64,000 nt of DNA from an uncultured Spirochaetota bacterium. Lineage in GTDB: Bacteria; Spirochaetota; Brevinematia; Brevinematales; JAOACQ01. The notes under the pieces were generated by a model. It saw only the letters and a list, made by a program, of their open reading frames with translations. It did no database searches and was not told the origin of the DNA. The DNA lies in contig CAVYGN010000002.1 of the NCBI GenBank assembly GCA_963768055.1, forward strand, positions 384,001 to 448,000. Direction: 5' to 3'. The translations under genes and the position numbers were made by a program. This document shows positions 57,991-64,000 of the stretch, in pieces. Within the stretch, counting starts at the first letter, position 1; each line of letters begins with the position of its first letter.

Positions 57991-58827
57991 ATGAAAATAA
58001 AATCATACGCCAAGATCAACCTTTTCCTCGATATTACCGGAATAGATGTAAAAGACGGTTATCACTACCTGGATAGTCTATTCCAGGAAGTTACCCTCCA
58101 TGACGATATCGAATTAAAAAAATCTCAAACAGACAAAGTGGTTTTCACCGGAGCCGATATACCCCCCGAGAACACTGTAAATAAGGCGTTAAAACTTTTT
58201 AAAGAGAAATTCGGCATTAAAGAATCCTTCATTATAACCATCAGAAAAAGTATTCCGGCCGGGGCAGGCCTGGGCGGTGGAAGTTCGAACGCAGCAGCCG
58301 TTTTAACGGCCCTTTCCGGATTATATAGAATAAAACCGGGGGATATAATCGGGATCGGCGAAAAAATCGGGAGCGATGTCCCGTTTTTTTTTAAAGGCGG
58401 ATTATGCCGGGTAAAGGGAAAGGGAGAAATTGTACAGAAAATGGATCTCAGACTCAAACAAATTTGTTTTATTATTATATATCCCGGTAAACCGGTTTCG
58501 ACAAAATGGGCTTATTCCCTCATTAATGAATATGGCCGAAGCAGAATAAGGGAAAATATTCTTCACCCCCCGGAAGCTGATATTGATTTTCTTAAAAAAA
58601 TAGTGTATAATAAATTCCAGCTTTTTGTTTTAAATAGGTGTCAGGAACTTGCTGACATAAAAACACAACTGGACGACTTTCTTGATTCGCGCCTCTCTTT
58701 TATGAGCGGCAGCGGGTCATCGCTGGTGTACGTTTATAGCGAGAAAGAAAAAGCACGGCGTTTGCTTACTGAAGAGGAAAAAAGATTCGGCTATAATGCT
58801 TTTTTTTGTGAACCTTATTACAGATAA
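57991..58827 (+). CDS. ispE: 4-diphosphocytidyl-2-C-methyl-D-erythritol kinase
   Basis: AKINLFLDI, GYHYLDSLF, IPAGAGLGGGSSNAA, IGSDVPFF, MSGSGS. Confidence 0.95.
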   Translation: MKIKSYAKINLFLDITGIDVKDGYHYLDSLFQEVTLHDDIELKKSQTDKVVFTGADIPPENTVNKALKLFKEKFGIKESFIITIRKSIPAGAGLGGGSSNAAAVLTALSGLYRIKPGDIIGIGEKIGSDVPFFFKGGLCRVKGKGEIVQKMDLRLKQICFIIIYPGKPVSTKWAYSLINEYGRSRIRENILHPPEADIDFLKKIVYNKFQLFVLNRCQELADIKTQLDDFLDSRLSFMSGSGSSLVYVYSEKEKARRLLTEEEKRFGYNAFFCEPYYR

Positions 58828-58891
58828 TTAAGGCGTTTAGGCGTACGCTTAGATGTACAGTTTTTAATTTTCATCAGGAGGATAAACTTTT

Positions 58892-59146
58892 ATGGAAATC
58901 ACAGACATCAGAATCAAGAAAGTAGAAGGGGAAAACAAATTAAAGGCGTACGCGTCGATCACTTTTGACGACAGTTTCGTTATTCACAACATCAAGGTTA
59001 TCCAGGGCAATAACGGTCTGTTTATCGCCATGCCTTCCAGAAGGACAAGAAGCGGTGAAATGAAGGATGTAGCCCACCCCATTAATTCCCAATTTAGAGA
59101 AAAAATACAAAATGCTATATTGGAAGCCTATCAGGCTGAACAATAA
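58892..59146 (+). CDS. spoVG: SpoVG nucleic-acid-binding protein
   Basis: [44 protein letters not shown]. Confidence 0.97.
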   Translation: MEITDIRIKKVEGENKLKAYASITFDDSFVIHNIKVIQGNNGLFIAMPSRRTRSGEMKDVAHPINSQFREKIQNAILEAYQAEQ

Positions 59147-59171
59147 GGCAGTTATTTAAAATGATATAAAT

Positions 59172-59245
59172 TGGGGCGTAGCCAAGCTGGTAAGGCAGCG
59201 GGTTTTGGTCCCGCCATTTCGAGGGTTCGAATCCTTCCGCCCCAG
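59172..59245 (+). tRNA. tRNA-Gln (TTG), CCA not encoded
   Basis: Acceptor stem TGGGGCG/CGCCCCA, D arm GCCAAGCTGGTAAGGC, anticodon arm GCGGG-TTTTGGT-CCCGC, T loop GTTCGAATC. Confidence 0.96.
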
Positions 59246-59280
59246 CGTATTAAAGATATTATTTCCAGTTAATCATAATC

Positions 59281-59307
59281 AGGGTAAAGTACAATTTTCC
59301 CTTTTTT
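59281..59307 (+). terminator. possible weak intrinsic terminator after the tRNA
   Basis: AGGGTAAA..TTTTCCCT imperfect stem followed by a T run. Confidence 0.35.
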
Positions 59308-59339
59308 AGTTTTCTAAAAAAAGATATGGGAGCCTAGAG

Positions 59340-60308
59340 GTGCCGTTTTCCAATATACGCTTGATATCGGGCAGGGCCAATTGGGAATTGGCTAAAAAAA
59401 TATCCGGTTACATCGGTGTAGAGCTTGTAGATGTAATGATAACAGAGTTCGCAGACAGCGAGATATTCGTCCGGATACAGGAGAATGTCCGGGGTAAGGA
59501 CGTTTTTGTAATACAATCAATGTGTAACCCCGCTTACAAAAACATCATGGAACTTCTCATAATTATTGACGCTCTTAGAAGGTCGTCGGCTGAAAGGATC
59601 ACAACCGTTATTCCATATTTCGGATATGCCAGGCAGGACCGTAAAGCCGAACCGAGGGTTCCTATAACGGCAAAGCTGGTTGCCAATTTGCTGACCGTAG
59701 CGGGGACGGACAGGGTCCTGACTTTAGACCTGCATGCGGCTCAAATCCAGGGTTTTTTTGATATACCGGTTGATCATCTATATGCCACTCCGGTATTTCT
59801 TGATACATTAAAGGGTATAAAGAATTTTTCCGATTATGTCGTTGTTTCACCTGACGTCGGCGGGGTTGAAAGATCAAGATTTTTCGCCAGGCAGATAGGG
59901 GCATCCATAGCGATACTCGATAAACGGCGGGCAAGGAAAAATGAAGCCGATGTTCTTCATCTTATAGGCAGTGTCGATGGAATGAATGTATTTATGATAG
60001 ACGATATGATAGACACAGCAGGGACAATAGTAAAAGCCGCAGAATTGCTCAGGAAAAAAAAGGCCAAATCAATCAGCGTGTATTCGACTCATGCGGTTTT
60101 ATCCGGCCCTGCGGCTGAAAGGATAAGGGACTCTAAAATAGACAAGCTTTATCTGACGGATAGTATTCCTACTGATGAGAACAAGAAAAAGATTATGGGG
60201 GATAAACTGGAGGTTCTGTCTGTTTCCGAATTATTCGGACAGGCGATAGAAAGGATACACCTGAATCTGTCGGTCAGTTCCCTTTTTGTTACCGAAAAAA
60301 AAGTATAA
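59340..60308 (+). CDS. prs: ribose-phosphate pyrophosphokinase
   Basis: FADSEI, PYFGYARQDRK, DLHAAQIQGFF, SPDVGG, DDMIDTAGT. Confidence 0.97.
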   Translation: MPFSNIRLISGRANWELAKKISGYIGVELVDVMITEFADSEIFVRIQENVRGKDVFVIQSMCNPAYKNIMELLIIIDALRRSSAERITTVIPYFGYARQDRKAEPRVPITAKLVANLLTVAGTDRVLTLDLHAAQIQGFFDIPVDHLYATPVFLDTLKGIKNFSDYVVVSPDVGGVERSRFFARQIGASIAILDKRRARKNEADVLHLIGSVDGMNVFMIDDMIDTAGTIVKAAELLRKKKAKSISVYSTHAVLSGPAAERIRDSKIDKLYLTDSIPTDENKKKIMGDKLEVLSVSELFGQAIERIHLNLSVSSLFVTEKKV

Positions 60309-60350
60309 TATCCGGAGAAAATAATAAAAGTAAACATAGGAGTAATAAGT

Positions 60351-60899
60351 ATGACTCAGAGTAATTTTGTTTTAGAAGCCGAGGCAAGGCAGAAGGTCGG
60401 AAAATACGAATCCATGAAAATAAGGACTACACAAAGGCTTCCCGGTGTAATTTACGGACCTGATATAAAGGAAAATATTTATATCACTGTGGATTATAAA
60501 AATTTTGAAAAGACTTTTAAGAATTTTGGAAGGCATGCCGTTTTCAACATTTCTATAGGCGGGAAAAAAATCATGGTTATAGTTAAGGATTACAAGATAC
60601 ATCCTATCTCCAGAAATTTCCTGCATGCAGACTTTTATGCGGTTTCGCCCAAAAAATCTTTTACCACTGAAATACCGATGAAATATACCGGAACTCCTGT
60701 TGGCGTCAAGGAAGGCGGCGGGCTTTACATCTTTACCCGGCAGGTAAGGATAAATACCGATCTTGAAAATCTGCCTTCGGCTATCGAAGTTGATATTTCG
60801 GCTCTGAAGACGAACCAATATCTGATTGTAAGAGATATCCCGAAAGGCAAATATAAAATTCTGACTCATGAAGGAACAGCCTTAGTCGAAGTTAAATAA
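60351..60899 (+). CDS. rplY: 50S ribosomal protein L25/Ctc
   Basis: LPGVIYG, HADFY, GVKEGG, LPSAIEVDIS. Confidence 0.93.
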   Translation: MTQSNFVLEAEARQKVGKYESMKIRTTQRLPGVIYGPDIKENIYITVDYKNFEKTFKNFGRHAVFNISIGGKKIMVIVKDYKIHPISRNFLHADFYAVSPKKSFTTEIPMKYTGTPVGVKEGGGLYIFTRQVRINTDLENLPSAIEVDISALKTNQYLIVRDIPKGKYKILTHEGTALVEVK

Positions 60900-60914
60900 T
60901 TTCTCCGGCGGAGG

Positions 60915-61481
60915 TTGCTTTTGAAGCTGGTAGTAGGATTGGGAAATCCAGGCGATGCCTACGAAGGGACCAGGCATAATTTAGGGTTTATTGTACTTGA
61001 CAGGCTTGCCGTTCGTCATGGAACGGGCATTGACGTAAAGAAAAAGAAGTCGATGATCGGAAGGTTCAGACTCGGCAAGGAAAGGGTCATGCTACTTAAA
61101 CCCCAGACTTTTGTCAATCTGAGCGGTGAAGCTGTCTTGTATATGGCCAGTTTTTTAAGGATCATGCCGGAACATATTATAGTTGTCTGCGATGATGTAA
61201 ACCTTTCTCTCGGCAAGATAAGGATAAGAAAATACGGCTCGAGCGGGGGTCACAACGGCATTAAATCCCTGATCCAGTTCCTGAGATCGGATAATTTTCC
61301 GCGCGTCAGGATTGGTGTAGGTTCTCCTGCTGACGACCAGCGCCTTGAAAATTATGTGCTCGATAAATTCACTGCCGATGAATTGTCGCTGCTTAACCCT
61401 TCAATTGAAAAAGCCTGCAATGCCATAGAGATGATTATAGAGAATGATATCGAAAACGCCATGACTCTGTTTAACGAATAA
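60915..61481 (+). CDS. pth: peptidyl-tRNA hydrolase
   Basis: VGLGNPG..TRHNLGF, LKPQTFVNLSG, GGHNGIKS, RVRIGVG. Confidence 0.96.
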   Translation: MLLKLVVGLGNPGDAYEGTRHNLGFIVLDRLAVRHGTGIDVKKKKSMIGRFRLGKERVMLLKPQTFVNLSGEAVLYMASFLRIMPEHIIVVCDDVNLSLGKIRIRKYGSSGGHNGIKSLIQFLRSDNFPRVRIGVGSPADDQRLENYVLDKFTADELSLLNPSIEKACNAIEMIIENDIENAMTLFNE

Positions 61482-62918
61482 ATGAAAAAAGACGATTTGA
61501 CCGCAATACTGGAAAATCGTTTTCTTTCCTTTATCGCCGAATACAGCCTGATCAAACCCGGTGAAAGTGTGATCACCGCTATTTCCGGCGGCCCGGATTC
61601 GGTCTTTTTAACCCACCTTTTACATAAATACAGAGAAAAGCTTAAAATATGCTTAAAATTAGTTCATGTAAACCATAATCTCCGAGAAGATGAAAGCAAG
61701 AAGGATGAGTCTTTTACCAGAAATTACGCTTCTAAGCTTGGGCTTGATTTTATTTTGAAAAATATTTATCCGTTATCATATTCAAAAGAAAAAAAATTAT
61801 CGCTTGAAACGGCTTCAAGAATCATGCGGTATAAAGCGTTCGAAGAAGCGCTTCAGGAAACAGGCAGCTTAAAAATAGCAACGGCGCATCATCTCGACGA
61901 TCTTATCGAGACCATGCTGTTCAGGCTTTTCAAAGGCTGCGGCGTATCCTCTCTCGCGGCTATGAAGCCATTAAGAAGAAATATCATACGCCCCATCCTC
62001 TTTTTTGAGAAGAATGATATATTATCCTATCTGAAACAAAATAAACTGGAATTCCGTAGCGATGAGTCAAATCTGGATCTCAGGTTCGACAGGAACTTCA
62101 TCAGAAACATGATCATTCCGCTTATAGAAAAACGTTTCCCCTATTTCAGGTTGAAAATGTTAAACCTCTATAGGATCATTATCGATGAAGAAGTAATCTG
62201 GGACACCTTGATAAAAGGACTGGAATCTTCGAAAACATTGGAAAAGGGCAAAATAATATTAGATAAAAAATATTTTACCGTAAAATCCGGGGGCGAAAAA
62301 GCTGTTTTAAGGCGTTTTCTGCATAAAGAACTGAGATCTTTCTCGGATTACGGGTTTAATCCTGAATTTGAACTCCTTGAAAGGATAATTAAATTTTCAA
62401 TCCCCCTTCCTGGAAACAGGACAATTTTCAATAACGGGTCTATCAGGGTTGTTTCATCATATAACAATCTGATTATAGATAAAGCCTCAAAAAAATTCCC
62501 AAAAAAATCTAAATATGTTAAACTTAAAGGCTATTTGCACTTTCAGTACGGCAATTTCAACCTTACAATAGATAAAATATCAGAAGCTGTTACAAGCGCC
62601 GATCTGAAGATTCTATCTCCCGACTCTTGCATTTTCAACGCCGAAGGCCTTGAGGGTTTTTATATCAGGGGCAAACTTGACGGCGACAGGTTCCGGCTAC
62701 CCGGATCCGGGACAAAGAAAATCAAAGATTTTTATATAGATGAAAAAATCAGTCTTGAGCGGAGAGAAGAAACATTTATTCTTGAAGATAAAGAAGGGCA
62801 CATAATAGCGTTTTATGTACCGGGTTTCGGTTTCAGGGTTTCTGAGGATTTTTATGTTAAAACAGGCCGGAGCGAAGCCGTAAAAGTGAACGTTGAAAGA
62901 ACCGAGAGGGAATCGTGA
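61482..62918 (+). CDS. tilS: tRNA(Ile)-lysidine synthetase
   Basis: ISGGPDS, HVNHNLR, TAHHLDD..ET, IRP, DESN..RNFIR. Confidence 0.95.
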   Translation: MKKDDLTAILENRFLSFIAEYSLIKPGESVITAISGGPDSVFLTHLLHKYREKLKICLKLVHVNHNLREDESKKDESFTRNYASKLGLDFILKNIYPLSYSKEKKLSLETASRIMRYKAFEEALQETGSLKIATAHHLDDLIETMLFRLFKGCGVSSLAAMKPLRRNIIRPILFFEKNDILSYLKQNKLEFRSDESNLDLRFDRNFIRNMIIPLIEKRFPYFRLKMLNLYRIIIDEEVIWDTLIKGLESSKTLEKGKIILDKKYFTVKSGGEKAVLRRFLHKELRSFSDYGFNPEFELLERIIKFSIPLPGNRTIFNNGSIRVVSSYNNLIIDKASKKFPKKSKYVKLKGYLHFQYGNFNLTIDKISEAVTSADLKILSPDSCIFNAEGLEGFYIRGKLDGDRFRLPGSGTKKIKDFYIDEKISLERREETFILEDKEGHIIAFYVPGFGFRVSEDFYVKTGRSEAVKVNVERTERES

Positions 62919-62996
62919 ATCTTGACGAAAGCCCTTTTTATTGATATATTAATGAATTAAATCGCATTATTTTTTTTAGCATTTGAGGAGAATATA

Positions 62997-64000
62997 ATGG
63001 ATAAGAATAAACCCGGTAAAAATAAAAACCCTATGATGCCCTTTTCAGATGAAAAACAGGGCAGGTATTTCGGTGTCTTTCTACTGATCCTTCTTGCTCT
63101 TTTCGCTGTTCTTCTGTTAACCAACTCACCGAAAGAAAAACCTATTAAATATACCGAATTTTTAAACAGAATACAAAATGACAGTATTGCATCCATAAAA
63201 ATGGAAGGCCAGACTGTCTCAGGCCTCTATAAAGAAGCGATAGATGATTCCAAGAATTTTATAACTATCATTCCCCTCGACGACAGCGAGCTTCTTCCTC
63301 TTCTCAAGAAGCACAAGGTCGAGATCGAGGTTGAAAAATTAAAGGATCCTTACGGTTCAAGCTTCATCTGGTGGATCGTCATAATTTCCGTCGGATTCCT
63401 CGTATTCTGGATTTTCCTTATCCGCGGTATGCAGGGAGGCGATCCCGGCAAGGCGATGTCTTTCGGCAGAAGTAAAGCGCGTCTGCATAAGGAAATTAAT
63501 AATAAAGTAAAGTTCACGGATGTGGCGGGATGCGAAGAAGCAAAACAGGATCTGGAGGAAGTCGTCGAGTTTTTAAAAAATCCGAAAAAATTCTCTACGC
63601 TGGGGGCCAGGATACCTAAAGGCGTCCTTCTTGTCGGCGCACCCGGAACGGGCAAGACTCTTCTCGCTAAGGCAGTAGCCGGGGAAGCCGAGGTGCCGTT
63701 TTTCAGCGTCAGCGGTTCTGAGTTCGTTGAAATGTTTGTCGGTGTAGGCGCTGCGAGGGTCAGAGACCTTTTTACCCAGGGCAGGAAAAACGCCCCTTGC
63801 ATTATTTTCATCGATGAGCTCGATGCCGTCGGCCGGTCCAGAGGAACGGGCGTGGGAGGCTCGCATGACGAACGAGAACAGACTTTGAACCAGATCCTAG
63901 TGGAAATGGATGGTTTTGACTCGTCCGAAGGCCTTATCATTCTCGCGGCTACAAACAGGCCGGACATTCTGGACGTCGCTCTGATGAGACCCGGAAGGTT
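62997..64000 (+). CDS. ftsH: ATP-dependent zinc metalloprotease FtsH (3' end outside window)
   Basis: Not in the ORF track because it has no stop in the window. GAGGAG RBS + ATG 62997; two TMs; [48 protein letters not shown]. Confidence 0.97.
   Translation, partial: MDKNKPGKNKNPMMPFSDEKQGRYFGVFLLILLALFAVLLLTNSPKEKPIKYTEFLNRIQNDSIASIKMEGQTVSGLYKEAIDDSKNFITIIPLDDSELLPLLKKHKVEIEVEKLKDPYGSSFIWWIVIISVGFLVFWIFLIRGMQGGDPGKAMSFGRSKARLHKEINNKVKFTDVAGCEEAKQDLEEVVEFLKNPKKFSTLGARIPKGVLLVGAPGTGKTLLAKAVAGEAEVPFFSVSGSEFVEMFVGVGAARVRDLFTQGRKNAPCIIFIDELDAVGRSRGTGVGGSHDEREQTLNQILVEMDGFDSSEGLIILAATNRPDILDVALMRPGR

Overview
This is a gene-dense bacterial chromosome segment, most likely from a spirochaete. That inference rests on the fliL-fliM-fliY genes with sigma-28-like promoters, spoVG in a diderm context, and the ispE-spoVG-tRNA-Gln-prs-rplY-pth-tilS-ftsH synteny. 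Most of the window is housekeeping, envelope and transport genes: rpe, gap, nth, xerC, murB, an Hsp70/J-domain pair, ABC transporters, a DUF362/Fe-S cluster and a sugar-modification cluster. Stand-out features: (1) A stand-alone MOBF-type relaxase and TrwB/TraD-type coupling protein pair at 50.9-57.9 kb. No T4SS, integrase or att sites are visible. The relaxase keeps its HUH/Tyr motifs but has lost its helicase ATPase motifs and sits behind a perfect-consensus sigma-70 promoter; two cargo genes bounded by short repeats separate it from the coupling protein. (2) A MITE family with four copies, 16-bp TIRs and 4-bp flanks; one copy is inserted exactly in frame (132 bp, 44 codons) into the signal peptide of an outer-membrane protein gene. 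(3) Two further palindromic repeat families. (4) An in-frame TAG near the start of an ABC transporter gene and an internally deleted methyltransferase remnant. (5) An orphan GHKL/MORC-like ATPase. (6) A Thr-Asn dipeptide bias in exported proteins. No CRISPR array, rRNA or prophage was seen. All calls come from reading motifs by eye; no database searches were run.
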